The notes under the pieces are model-generated. The model worked only from the letters and a program-made list of their open reading frames with translations. It did no database searches and was not told the DNA's origin. A stretch of 32,000 bases of DNA from Aliarcobacter cibarius (lineage in GTDB: Bacteria; Campylobacterota; Campylobacteria; Campylobacterales; Arcobacteraceae), in NCBI RefSeq assembly GCF_013372265.1, contig NZ_CP054051.1, positions 972,587 through 1,004,586 on the forward strand, read 5' to 3'. Both the position numbers and the translations under genes were made by a program. Shown here piece by piece: positions 9,093-19,112 of the stretch. Within the stretch, counting starts at the first letter, position 1; every line of letters begins with the position of its first letter.

Positions 9093-9617
9093 CTATCTTT
9101 TCAGATATATTTTGTATGTAATATCTATTTGATTTCTAACTGTTAATAATAACATTGAAGGTGGTTCTAAATTAAAATCTGTAAGATTGAAAGAAAATTT
9201 CCCGTCAAGATATATTTGATTGTTTTTTTCACTTATATCACTTTTAACAGTAATCTTTTTTGAAATACCATTTAGTGTTATAACTCCATTTATATCGTAA
9301 TTTATTTCATTTTTTACAATACTTTTTATTTCAAAAGATGTTGATTCAAATTTATCTACATTTAAAAGCTTGTACATATGCTCATCTCTATCTTTTTTGT
9401 CACTTATAAGAGTAATCGTTTGAAAATAAATTTTACCTTTTATTGATTCTAAGCTATTTTCTATCGATAGTTCACCTTTTAAATTTCTAGTAATAGGATT
9501 AATCTGACTATCACCAAAAATCTCAGTATGAGCCATAAGTGCTCCACTTGATACTGATAAATTTTCTGCATATAAACCAATACACAAAGCCAATGTAAGA
9601 ATTAGTTTTTTAAACAT
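9093..9617 (-). CDS. YceI-family periplasmic protein
   Basis: Signal peptide; SFEIKSIVKNEINYDINGVITLNGISKKITV...FSFNLTDFNLEPPSMLLLTVRNQIDI. Confidence 0.85.
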   Translation of the reverse strand: MFKKLILTLALCIGLYAENLSVSSGALMAHTEIFGDSQINPITRNLKGELSIENSLESIKGKIYFQTITLISDKKDRDEHMYKLLNVDKFESTSFEIKSIVKNEINYDINGVITLNGISKKITVKSDISEKNNQIYLDGKFSFNLTDFNLEPPSMLLLTVRNQIDITYKIYLKR

Positions 9618-10578
9618 ATTTAATCTCCTTATTATTTAATGTATATTCTTTGTTGATTACTTTAAAGATTGCTAATAAAATTATAATTGGAACTATAAAT
9701 ATCATATTTGTTAATGCTACTAAAAGTCCAGTACCGGAAGCCATCCATCCAATAAATATCATAAATAATGAAATAGTTCTAAAATCTTTTTTTCTAATAG
9801 ATTGAAGAATCACAACATTGTAATAAGATATTACAAATGGATAAACTAGTGATAAAATAAACCCTTCTCTTAAAAAATATAGAAGATATGAAAGAGCAAA
9901 AAGTATTAATATAAATAATTCATTTTGATTTTTTTCCATTTTAAAATATAAAGCACAAACTAAACCAATAACATGAAATAAAGCTATTTCAAAAGTAAAA
10001 CCACCTCTCCAAATAGAAACTGCTAAGTCTCTTGAAAGTGATTCAAACAAAGAAGAGTCTAAAAATACCCATAAAACCATTATTAATAAAGAGTGATTTG
10101 GACTAATCAAACTTTTTTCTTCTTGATTATTTTGAGGTAAAAATAACGAACAAATTAAAGTAATTGATGTAAGTGTAACTGCAATAATTTCTCTTTGAGA
10201 TACTTCATAATTAAATAAAATAGTTCCTGTTACATAAGATAAACTTAGAGCAAAACCTAATTCTATTAAAGAAGTTTTTTTAACTTCATTTATTATCATT
10301 GGAGCCATACTACCAACAGTGAAGCCTAAGAGAAATAGTGTCAAAAAATTGTAATTTGGATACATAAAACTCAAAATAAGTTGAGCTATTAAAAATAGTG
10401 TTATTTTATTGTTTATTTTTATATATGAAATTAATAAAGAACCAATCACTCCACCAATAGGAAGAGGTGCTATTAAAGACAAGTTTGATGAAAAATATTC
10501 AACAACCCCAGTTTGAGCTATAAGTAGATAATAACACAACTCACTAGCTATAAAAAATATCAATATTAATCTTTGCAT
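9610..10578 (-). CDS. Polytopic membrane protein, MFS-like
   Basis: 322 aa with about 10-12 hydrophobic segments and no diagnostic motif that I can name. Confidence 0.5.
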   Translation of the reverse strand: MQRLILIFFIASELCYYLLIAQTGVVEYFSSNLSLIAPLPIGGVIGSLLISYIKINNKITLFLIAQLILSFMYPNYNFLTLFLLGFTVGSMAPMIINEVKKTSLIELGFALSLSYVTGTILFNYEVSQREIIAVTLTSITLICSLFLPQNNQEEKSLISPNHSLLIMVLWVFLDSSLFESLSRDLAVSIWRGGFTFEIALFHVIGLVCALYFKMEKNQNELFILILFALSYLLYFLREGFILSLVYPFVISYYNVVILQSIRKKDFRTISLFMIFIGWMASGTGLLVALTNMIFIVPIIILLAIFKVINKEYTLNNKEIKYV

Positions 10579-12137
10579 AAGTACTCCTTTGATTGAAAAA
10601 AGATTAAATAAACGAAAACAAATGTTAGGTCGAAAAATGAAATTAAAAGAGCTTCAATTCCAAGTTTTCCTGAAGCATATAAGGCAAAAAACATAGAACT
10701 AGCAAATATTCTAATAACTACACTAATTTTTGTTAAAATATTCTCATAAGCTTCATTTTTTAGAGCAAAGTATTGAATAATTCCTGTCATACTAACGAAA
10801 GTAAAAACAACATATTCATAAATTCCACTAAAACCAAATCCCAAAATTGGATATAAAAAACTAGCAAGAAGTATTAATAAAATTCCACCTAATCCATCGC
10901 TTAAAACACCCATTAAATTATAAAAACCTAATTTTGAATAAGATGTTTTCAATTTAATAAATGCAAATATAAACCCAAATGCAACAAAACCAAATATTGT
11001 TCTAAATATCCATAAATTATAAGTAGATATTGAAGTAAATCCAGCTTGTGAAAAACCAGAAATAGAAAGAACAAAAAATATTCCTAAAATTCCAACTAAA
11101 TATATATTTATAAATTTTGCTACATGAAGTTCTTTTATATGGTTTATAAACATAGCTATAACCATAAAAAATACTCCAATTCCCATTGCAACATGAGCAT
11201 GAGCAACTATTAAATCATTTCTATGAAACAACCATCTAATTTCAGGAATAAATAAAATATTTCCTTCTATGTCAACAAATAAAAAAGCCAAGATTGAAAT
11301 TAAAAGAGTTCTTTTAGCAACATTTGTGATATTACTATCTTTGTACCATCTATATAAAAGAGGAATATATAAAAGAGTTAGATATTGAGCAAACCACTCT
11401 TGATTGTATGTTAAAGGTTCAAAAAATATTCTATAAAGAACAGTTAAGAAATAAAATATTGTTGGAATAATCCATAAAATATTCCATCTAGCTTTAAACT
11501 CTGTAATGTTTAAAAGCTTTATGATTAAATAATATATAGGAATTAAAGCTAAGCTCATACCTAAAGTGTTGTCTCCATGAGGACCACTTACTGTACTTTC
11601 AACTTGACCAATAGTTGGATTCATTAAAATTAAAAGAGCAATAGGAGCAATGATTACAATTTGTAAACATACTTTTATCCATAAAGGAAGTATCTTGTAA
11701 AGTTTTATAAATTTGTATAGAGCCAAAATATAAAATAATCCTGCAAATGCTAGTAAGAAATTTAGTTCATAAGCAAAATCATAAAATGCTAAACCTCTAT
11801 TTTTTCCTAAAAGTAGTGAAAATATCATGAAGATTAGAAAAATATACCAAATTTGAGTGTAGATATTTAGATATTTTAATCCCTCTTTAGAGATACCAAC
11901 CTCTTTATTTATAAGTAAAAAAGGAAGATATGAAAGCATTAAAGGAACAAATCCATAAAGCATCAAACTAATATGTACAGCTCTTAAATTTACAGGATTT
12001 AATGTTTGTGAATCAATAACAAACCCCAATAAATTAAGTGAATAGGCAATTCCAAAAAATAGTCCAATTGCAAAAAATGCAATAGATATTTTAAAATGTT
12101 TGTTTATAAAGTTTTCAAAATTAATTGATTTTTCCAT
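10566..12137 (-). CDS. Heme-copper oxidase subunit I-like membrane protein (CcoN/NorB-related, divergent)
   Basis: 12-TM-like protein with NLRAVHISLMLYGF, SGPHGDNTLGMSLALIP and NDLIVAHAHVAMGIGVF resembling the subunit I histidine sites; no HH dipeptide. Confidence 0.7.
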   Translation of the reverse strand: MEKSINFENFINKHFKISIAFFAIGLFFGIAYSLNLLGFVIDSQTLNPVNLRAVHISLMLYGFVPLMLSYLPFLLINKEVGISKEGLKYLNIYTQIWYIFLIFMIFSLLLGKNRGLAFYDFAYELNFLLAFAGLFYILALYKFIKLYKILPLWIKVCLQIVIIAPIALLILMNPTIGQVESTVSGPHGDNTLGMSLALIPIYYLIIKLLNITEFKARWNILWIIPTIFYFLTVLYRIFFEPLTYNQEWFAQYLTLLYIPLLYRWYKDSNITNVAKRTLLISILAFLFVDIEGNILFIPEIRWLFHRNDLIVAHAHVAMGIGVFFMVIAMFINHIKELHVAKFINIYLVGILGIFFVLSISGFSQAGFTSISTYNLWIFRTIFGFVAFGFIFAFIKLKTSYSKLGFYNLMGVLSDGLGGILLILLASFLYPILGFGFSGIYEYVVFTFVSMTGIIQYFALKNEAYENILTKISVVIRIFASSMFFALYASGKLGIEALLISFFDLTFVFVYLIFFQSKEYLCKD

Positions 12138-12744
12138 CTTTTACCTCATAAATTTTTGTAGCAAAATTTGCTAAATTTTTATCGTGAGTTGCCACTATTA
12201 TAGTAACTTGCTCTTGACTTAGTTTTTTAAATATTTCAAAAACATTTAAAGAATTTTTTGAATCTAAATTTCCTGTTGGTTCATCTGCAATTATTACCTT
12301 TGGTTTATTTATTAAAGCCCTAGCAATAGCAACTCTTTGTCTTTGCCCTCCTGAAATCTCATTTGGATATTTATTTGATAGATTGTCTATTCTTAAAATT
12401 TTTAATAAGTTGTAAATTTCATTGTCTGTAGCTTTTTCGTTAGCTATTTTTATATTTTCTTTAACAGTTAGATAGTTTATTAAATAGTGAAATTGAAAGA
12501 TGAAACCAATATTTGTTTTTCTAAAATCATCAATATCTTTTATATTCTTATAATTTAAATTTTCAAAAAACAGTTCACCTTTTGTTGGTTTTAATAGAGT
12601 TGAAACTATTGATAAAAGAGTAGATTTTCCGCTACCACTTTCTCCAACTAAACATACAAATTCACCTTTATTTATCTCTAAATTTATATTTTCAAGAGCT
12701 TTATCATTGTTATAATAGTGAGTTAAATTTTTAACTTTTATCAT
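12121..12744 (-). CDS. ABC transporter ATP-binding protein (LolD/MacB class)
   Basis: Walker A GESGSGKSTLL; signature NEISGGQRQRVAIARAL; Walker B KVIIADEPTGNLD. Confidence 0.93.
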   Translation of the reverse strand: MIKVKNLTHYYNNDKALENINLEINKGEFVCLVGESGSGKSTLLSIVSTLLKPTKGELFFENLNYKNIKDIDDFRKTNIGFIFQFHYLINYLTVKENIKIANEKATDNEIYNLLKILRIDNLSNKYPNEISGGQRQRVAIARALINKPKVIIADEPTGNLDSKNSLNVFEIFKKLSQEQVTIIVATHDKNLANFATKIYEVKDGKIN

Positions 12745-13823
12745 ATTTTATTTCCTTGTATTAAAAGAACAGGATCTGTTTTTGCCGCATTTAATGCAGG
12801 AATTATTGAACCTATAATTGCCATTAGAATAGAGGCTAAGAATATATAAACAGTTAAATCTAAACTAATTTCTCCATTTACATAACCTTGTAAACTATCT
12901 ATATTTTTTATAAAAAATAAGACAATATTTGAAAGAATAAATGCACAAATGAAGCTAAATATTCCGATTAGAAAGCTTTCAATTATTATTGAATATACAA
13001 TTTTAGAAGTTTTTATACCCAAAGCTCTTTTGATTCCAAATTCACTTTTTCTTTGATTTACTGTGATGCTCATAAGGCTTACAATTCCAAGTAATCCAAG
13101 GAAAAAAGCTATAAATGAAATAACATTTGATGATGTTTTTATAATTTTAAATTGATTGTAGTTATCCACAAAATTTTGAGTAGATTTAACATCAATATCT
13201 TTTGATAAAGTTTTTATCTCTTTTATAATCTCTTCAACATCTGAATTTAAAGCTGTATTTACTAAAATCATTGAAGCTGATTTATTGAAAATTTCTCCAG
13301 CATCTGATATATTTAAAACAATTCCACCATTTTCAAATCCTATTTCACTTTCAAAAACACCAGAAATTTTAAAAGTTTTATTTGCAATTTGAACTTCATT
13401 TCTATTTGATAGTTGTTCAAAAATTGATTTCCCAACTATAACTTCATTATTTAAAGGATATTTTCCTTTTTCTAATTTATAATTTTTAAATCTATTTTGA
13501 GTTACTCCATAAATAGCTACAATAGGGAGTTTTTCTACAGGACTTGCTCCTACTGTCATAGCTCCTGCTTCATTTATATTTTTTAAATACTCTATTTCTT
13601 TAATTAAATTAATATCAACATTTGAAAAAAATGTATCAGAAATTTTTGCTTGAGTAATTATTATGTCACCATCACTTTTTAGCATTGATGAGTACATAGA
13701 GATTACTCCATTTGAAATAGAACTTATTAAAAATATTGAAACAATAGAGAATATAAGACTTATTATGATTAAAAATGTTTTTAACTTGTTTGCGATTAGA
13801 GCTTTGTAAGCGTGTGAAATCAA
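12741..13823 (-). CDS. ABC transporter permease (FtsX/MacB-like)
   Basis: N-terminal TM, periplasmic domain, then C-terminal TMs with MSITVNQRKSEFGIKRALGIKTSKI...IGSIIPALNAAKTDPVLLIQG. Confidence 0.9.
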   Translation of the reverse strand: MISHAYKALIANKLKTFLIIISLIFSIVSIFLISSISNGVISMYSSMLKSDGDIIITQAKISDTFFSNVDINLIKEIEYLKNINEAGAMTVGASPVEKLPIVAIYGVTQNRFKNYKLEKGKYPLNNEVIVGKSIFEQLSNRNEVQIANKTFKISGVFESEIGFENGGIVLNISDAGEIFNKSASMILVNTALNSDVEEIIKEIKTLSKDIDVKSTQNFVDNYNQFKIIKTSSNVISFIAFFLGLLGIVSLMSITVNQRKSEFGIKRALGIKTSKIVYSIIIESFLIGIFSFICAFILSNIVLFFIKNIDSLQGYVNGEISLDLTVYIFLASILMAIIGSIIPALNAAKTDPVLLIQGNKI

Positions 13824-14003
13824 AGATTTTCCTTTTTAATTTTGGTAAGTTTAATCTTTGAATATGAATTCTTAATGAACTAAATATGAATTTTTGTTCA
13901 TAAAAGAGTTAAATCTTAATGTTTGAATAACTATTAAGATTTCATTTAAGTGCAAATGTTATTATTTTAAATATAATAAATTTATAACTTTATTGGGAAT
14001 AAG

Positions 14004-15338
14004 ATGATGAAACGAATGAAATTCTCCTTTTTAATGATTTTGGTAGTGCCTACTATTTTATGGTTACTAGCAGATACTCTTTATCCAGAGCCTTTTACAT
14101 ATTTTGCATTTCGTAAAGTATTTATTCAATATAGTGGTGTCTTAGCAATAATACTTATGAGTATTGTAATGATTTTAGCTCTTCGTCCAAAATTTATTGA
14201 GCCATATTTTGATGGAATAGATAAAATATATAAACTTCATAAATGGTTGGGTATTTCAGCTTTCTTATTAGGAGTTCTTCACTGGTGGTTTGCTAAAGGT
14301 ACAAAATGGATGGTTGGTTGGGGTTGGTTAGAAAAACCAGTAAAAACACCATCTAATGAAGTATTAGGAACAATTGAAGCTTGGTTTAAAACTCAAAAAG
14401 GTCTTTCTGAGAGTGTTGGAGAATGGGCATTTTATATAATGGTTATTCTTATATTTATAGCTTTAATTAAAAAAATTCCATACCATTGGTTTGTTAAATC
14501 TCACAAGATTTTTGCTTTGGTTTATATAGCTTTGGTTTATCACACTATTATTCTTACAAAAATAGGTTATTGGTCTGAACCAATCGGGTTACTACTAATT
14601 GTAATGATGGTTTTTGGGACTATTGCTGCATTTATTTCTTTATTTAAAAAAATAGGAAATAGTAGAAAATCTCAAGCTAAAATAGTAGATTTAGTTGAAT
14701 ATCCAAAACTTAAAATACTAGAAACGACTTTACTTTTAGATGATACTTGGAAAGGACACAAAGCAGGGCAATTTGCTTTTGTAACATCGAATAAAAAAGA
14801 GGGACATCATCCATATACAATTGCTTCATCTTGGGATAAAAATGATAAAAAAATGACTTTCATTACAAAAGCACTAGGTGATCATACAAGTAGATTGAAA
14901 GATACTTTAAAAATAGGAATGAATGTAGAAGTTGAAGGACCTTATGGCTGTTTTGATTTTGGAGATGATAAAAAATTACATATTTATATAGGAGCTGGAA
15001 TAGGGGTAACACCATTTATTGCAAGAATGAATGATCTTGAAAAAAATCCAAATGATAAAACTATACATTTTTTCCATTCTACTTCTAAACCTGATGATGA
15101 ATTTCTAGAAAATTTAAAAGAGGATGTAAAAAATTCTAATGTTAATTTACATTTATTTGTAAGTAAAATTGATGAAAGATTAAGCTCTGAAAAAATTAAA
15201 GAGTTAGTACCAAATTGGCAAAATTCTAGTATTTGGTATTGTGGACCACTTAAATTTGGGCAAAGTTTAAGAGAAGATTTTGTCTCAAGTGGTTTAAATC
15301 CTGAAGATTTTCATCAAGAACTATTTGAGATGAGATAA
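14004..15338 (+). CDS. Ferric reductase-like transmembrane protein with FAD/NAD-binding oxidoreductase domain
   Basis: HKWLGISAFLLGVLHWWF TM heme region; HPYTIASS FAD motif; GPYGCFDF, GAGIGVTPFIA and WYCGP oxidoreductase motifs. Confidence 0.88.
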   Translation: MMKRMKFSFLMILVVPTILWLLADTLYPEPFTYFAFRKVFIQYSGVLAIILMSIVMILALRPKFIEPYFDGIDKIYKLHKWLGISAFLLGVLHWWFAKGTKWMVGWGWLEKPVKTPSNEVLGTIEAWFKTQKGLSESVGEWAFYIMVILIFIALIKKIPYHWFVKSHKIFALVYIALVYHTIILTKIGYWSEPIGLLLIVMMVFGTIAAFISLFKKIGNSRKSQAKIVDLVEYPKLKILETTLLLDDTWKGHKAGQFAFVTSNKKEGHHPYTIASSWDKNDKKMTFITKALGDHTSRLKDTLKIGMNVEVEGPYGCFDFGDDKKLHIYIGAGIGVTPFIARMNDLEKNPNDKTIHFFHSTSKPDDEFLENLKEDVKNSNVNLHLFVSKIDERLSSEKIKELVPNWQNSSIWYCGPLKFGQSLREDFVSSGLNPEDFHQELFEMR

Positions 15339-15441
15339 TTTATAGAATAAATTTAAATTGTAAAGAAATTGTCAACAAATCTTACAGTGAAAATTTAAGT
15401 TGTTTTTTTAGACTTCCAAAAATAAAAAATGGAGTCACAAA

Positions 15442-15939
15442 ATGGGTTTAAATATTGATTTAAAAGTTATAAGAGTTGGTCTTTTAATAACTTTGTTTAC
15501 GTTAATTTTTGGTACAGGTTTAGGAATTGTATTTGGAGCAAAAGAGGAAGTATTTAAAAATTATATTTCTGAAAATATTCAAGCAAACCCTACTGTTCAT
15601 GACGACAAAAGTAAAGATAAAATTTGGAGATATGTTCAAAGAGCGCACTTCCATTCAAGTGGTATTGCTGCATATTCTTTAGCTTTGTTATTAATTATTT
15701 TAGTATCAAAAATGAAAGATAGTATGAAGTCTTTTAGTGCGACAATGATTGGTGTTGGTACTTTATACTCATTTGCATGGTATTTAATGTTCTATTTAGC
15801 TCCACTTATTGGAAGAGATGCTGCAAAAAATCACTTTTTAACAGAGTCTATTGTTTATATCAGTACGGCTGCTTTTGTAATAGGATTGTTTATGATAATT
15901 GCTAACGTATTTTTTAATATGTTTAGTAATGAAGATTAA
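15442..15939 (+). CDS. Conserved integral membrane protein of unknown function
   Basis: 165 aa, about 4 TM segments, located downstream of the reductase in the same orientation. Confidence 0.6.
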   Translation: MGLNIDLKVIRVGLLITLFTLIFGTGLGIVFGAKEEVFKNYISENIQANPTVHDDKSKDKIWRYVQRAHFHSSGIAAYSLALLLIILVSKMKDSMKSFSATMIGVGTLYSFAWYLMFYLAPLIGRDAAKNHFLTESIVYISTAAFVIGLFMIIANVFFNMFSNED

Positions 15940-15956
15940 AATCTTATAATTAAAAG

Positions 15957-15987
15957 TTAGTATATAGCTATTTGGGCTATATACTAA
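15957..15987 (+). terminator. Stem-loop, likely transcription terminator
   Basis: TTAGTATATAGC / GCTATATACTAA perfect 12-bp stem, 7-nt loop, 18 nt after the 15939 stop; weak T-tract. Confidence 0.5.
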
Positions 15988-16089
15988 TTAAAATTTCTCA
16001 CAAAATAATCCTTCCCTATCACATCAATAAGTACAAAATCATATTTTAAATAGAGTAAAATTAGAAAATAATTTTTTAATAGGAAAAAT

Positions 16090-16536
16090 ATGAAATCAAT
16101 AATATTTGTTTGTCTTGGAAATATTTGTCGTTCTCCACTTGCAAAAGGAGTTGCTGAAAATTATATTAAAAATAATAACTTAAATCTTCTTGTTGATTCA
16201 GCTGGAACAAGTAAAGAACATCAAGGAGAAATTCCATGTGAGAACTCTATAAAAGTTGCTAGAGATAATAACATTGATATATCAAAATATAGAGCTAAAC
16301 AATTTTTAAAAAGTGATATAGATAAATTTGATTTAGTCGTTGCATTGGATAGTAATAACTACTATAATTTAAAAAATATGGGATGCAAAAACTTAGTAAA
16401 ATTGGGAGATTTTGGTTTTGGTGGGAAAGATGTTCCAGACCCATACTATTTTAATGGTTTTGATGGCTTTATAGAAGTTTTTAATATGGTAGAAAAAAGT
16501 GTAAAGAATCTACTTTTATCCCTAGAAAATAAATAA
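16090..16536 (+). CDS. Low-molecular-weight protein tyrosine phosphatase
   Basis: VCLGNICRSPLAKGV P-loop and VPDPYYF motif. Confidence 0.95.
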   Translation: MKSIIFVCLGNICRSPLAKGVAENYIKNNNLNLLVDSAGTSKEHQGEIPCENSIKVARDNNIDISKYRAKQFLKSDIDKFDLVVALDSNNYYNLKNMGCKNLVKLGDFGFGGKDVPDPYYFNGFDGFIEVFNMVEKSVKNLLLSLENK

Positions 16537-16646
16537 CTGTAATCTTACAAATAACAGTTTTTAAATAACATTTTATAGTTACCAAAAAATATTTTTTTCT
16601 ACTACAATACTTTTATTGCAAATATAAAAATATAGGAGGGTAAATT

Positions 16647-17093
16647 GTGCATATATTAGAACAAACTAGTTTAATAGATTGTACAGTTGAAGAGTTATTT
16701 AACTTTCATCTAGATACTAATAATATTAAATTAATTACCCCAAAACATACAAAAGTAGAACTTCTTAATTATGAAGACAAAACATATGAAGGTAAGTTAG
16801 TAAAGTTAAAAACTACAAGAGCTTTCATACCAATATATTGGATAGTAAAAATAGATAAGTTACAATATCCAAATTTATTAGTAGATGTAGCTCTTAAATC
16901 ACCATTTGCTTATTGGGAACATAGTCATATATTTACACAAAAAGAAACTAAGTGTGAATTAAAAGATGTTATTAAATTTGAGTTACCATTTGGAATATTT
17001 GGAAAAATATTGGCACCTTTGGTTAAAAAAGATATTAAAAATATGTTTGAATATAGACATTTTCAAACAAAGAAATATTTTGCTGAAAAGTAG
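16647..17093 (+). CDS. SRPBCC-family protein
   Basis: START/SRPBCC-like pattern: TSLIDCTVEELFNFHLDTNNIKLITP...YWEHSHIFTQKETKCELKDVIKFELPFG. Confidence 0.75.
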   Translation: MHILEQTSLIDCTVEELFNFHLDTNNIKLITPKHTKVELLNYEDKTYEGKLVKLKTTRAFIPIYWIVKIDKLQYPNLLVDVALKSPFAYWEHSHIFTQKETKCELKDVIKFELPFGIFGKILAPLVKKDIKNMFEYRHFQTKKYFAEK

Positions 17094-17098
17094 AAAGG

Positions 17099-17641
17099 TT
17101 GTTTATGAAAATTATATTAAGTGCGTTGTTTTTTATTACATTTTTATTTGGAGAAAATAGTATGAGTATATATGATATTGAAGTAAAAGATATAAATGGT
17201 AAAGTTGTAAGCATGTCAAAATATAAAAACAAAGTTATGCTTATTGTAAATGTTGCTAGTAAATGTGGTTTTACTAATCAGTATGAGGGATTAGAAGAGT
17301 TACATAAAAAACATTCAAATAAAGGTTTAGCAGTTTTAGGATTTCCATGTAATCAGTTTTTATCTCAAGAACCAGGAACTGAAGAGCAAATTAAAGAGTT
17401 TTGTTCTTTAACTTATGGTGTTGAGTTTGATATGTTTAGTAAAATTGATGTAAATGGTGAAAATACTCATCCTTTATATAAATTCTTGAAAGAAAATTCA
17501 AAAGGTGTTTTGGGAACAGAAGCTATAAAATGGAATTTTACAAAGTTTTTAGTTGATAAAAATGGTAATGTTGTAAAAAGATATGCTCCAAGTACTACAC
17601 CCAAAGAAATTGAAGCAGATATTATAAATTTATTAAAATAA
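17099..17641 (+). CDS. Glutathione peroxidase-like protein (Cys-type)
   Basis: VNVASKCGFTNQYEGLEELH, LGFPCNQFLSQEPG and IKWNFTKFLVDKNG. Confidence 0.94.
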   Translation: MFMKIILSALFFITFLFGENSMSIYDIEVKDINGKVVSMSKYKNKVMLIVNVASKCGFTNQYEGLEELHKKHSNKGLAVLGFPCNQFLSQEPGTEEQIKEFCSLTYGVEFDMFSKIDVNGENTHPLYKFLKENSKGVLGTEAIKWNFTKFLVDKNGNVVKRYAPSTTPKEIEADIINLLK

Positions 17642-17648
17642 ATTAGAA

Positions 17649-17688
17649 AAATTAACTGTCAAGTATAATTTTATTTGACAGTTAATTT
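17649..17688 (+). terminator. Strong stem-loop, likely terminator
   Basis: AAATTAACTGTCAA / TTGACAGTTAATTT perfect 14-bp stem, 12-nt loop, just after the peroxidase stop. Confidence 0.65.
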
Positions 17689-17735
17689 AATAAAAATGTA
17701 ACTTTTTTGTTATTATTCTAGAGTATAATTTTGTT

Positions 17736-19112
17736 ATGAAAGAAAAAGTATATGTATTAGATACAAATATCATCTTACAAAATCTTCAAAATCTCTACAA
17801 AATATCAGACAATAAAACTAACCACATTGTTATACCTGAAACTGTACTTCTTGAACTAGAGGATAAAAAGAAGTTAGTTAATGAATTGGGTTACTATTCA
17901 AGAGAGTTTGCAAGATTATTAGCAAAGATGAAAATAAAAGAGGTTGATTATAAAACTGGATTTAAAGTTGTAAAACTTTATGATGAAGAACTAAATCTTG
18001 ATATTGTCTCAAAAGATAAGTATGAAACGCAAATTGAACAAATACATATTTCTGAATCAAATGATAAAAGAATTATCGAAGTAGCTTCTATTGCTCAAGA
18101 CTACTACAAAGGTTGTAAAACTATTTTTCTATCTTTAGATGTTTATGCTAGAACTTTTGCATTATTTAAAGGAATTAAAACAGAAACTTTACACGATGAT
18201 AAATCAACTGTTCCAAAATTTAATTTTGTAAAAAGTCTAAAAATAGATTCTTCAAAATTCAATAGTTTAGAGAATAAAGACATCTCATCTATAGATGAAA
18301 ATCATGAAATTGAGAATTTTTCATACTCTTTTGAAAGTGATGATGGAAATGTAGAATATGCAATCATTACAAATGGTAAAATCGATATTTTAAAAGAGAC
18401 AGATTTTAAAGCTTTAAATGTTAAACCTGTAAATTTAAAACAAAAACTTTTTACCAAAGCAATTTTAAGTGATATGTACGATTTACTTGTAATTGATGCA
18501 AAAGCTGGAAGCGGAAAAACTTTGATGTCCATTGTTAGTGCTATGAGATTGATTGATTTAGGATTATATGACAAAATTGTATATGTTAGAAATTCTATTG
18601 AATCATTGGATAAAGGTGCTGAGGTTGGATTTTTAGCAGGAAATGATGAAAAATTTAGAATTTATAATATGGCTTTATATGATACATTAGAATTTATTGC
18701 TAAAAAACATTTAAAAAAGAGCGAAAATAGAGAAAAACAAGAGTCAATAACTTCAAAGATTGAAGAGTTAAAAGCTAAATATTGTATGGAGACTTTATGG
18801 CCTGGAGAAGCAAGAGGACGAACTTTAAGTAGTTCAATTGTAATTATGGATGAGTGGCAAAATAGTAGTGAAAAAACTACTCAATTGATTCTTTCAAGAT
18901 TAGATGAGAGTTGTATGGCTATAATTATTGGTTCAAATAGACAAATAGACAATTTATATTTAAATAAATATAATAATGGTTTAACAACTCTTTTAAAACA
19001 GACTTCACAAACTCATAGTGAACTTAAAATGTTTGCAATAGAGCTTGAAAAAGCGGTTCGTGGTAAGTTTGCAGAGTTTACAGAAAGAATTTTTGAAAAC
19101 AAAAATCAATAA
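17736..19112 (+). CDS. PhoH-family ATPase with N-terminal PIN domain
   Basis: PIN-like start VYVLDTNIILQN; P-loop LLVIDAKAGSGKTLMS; RGRTLSSSIVIMDEWQN. Confidence 0.92.
   Translation: MKEKVYVLDTNIILQNLQNLYKISDNKTNHIVIPETVLLELEDKKKLVNELGYYSREFARLLAKMKIKEVDYKTGFKVVKLYDEELNLDIVSKDKYETQIEQIHISESNDKRIIEVASIAQDYYKGCKTIFLSLDVYARTFALFKGIKTETLHDDKSTVPKFNFVKSLKIDSSKFNSLENKDISSIDENHEIENFSYSFESDDGNVEYAIITNGKIDILKETDFKALNVKPVNLKQKLFTKAILSDMYDLLVIDAKAGSGKTLMSIVSAMRLIDLGLYDKIVYVRNSIESLDKGAEVGFLAGNDEKFRIYNMALYDTLEFIAKKHLKKSENREKQESITSKIEELKAKYCMETLWPGEARGRTLSSSIVIMDEWQNSSEKTTQLILSRLDESCMAIIIGSNRQIDNLYLNKYNNGLTTLLKQTSQTHSELKMFAIELEKAVRGKFAEFTERIFENKNQ

Noticed and set aside
16966-17232. ORFs 16966..17160 (+) and 17035..17232 (-)
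   Set aside because: They overlap the SRPBCC and glutathione peroxidase genes in other frames; low-complexity translations.
17099-17641. Glutathione peroxidase as a possible second selenoprotein
   Set aside because: The active-site codon reads Cys (VNVASKCGFTNQ) and the ORF is uninterrupted.
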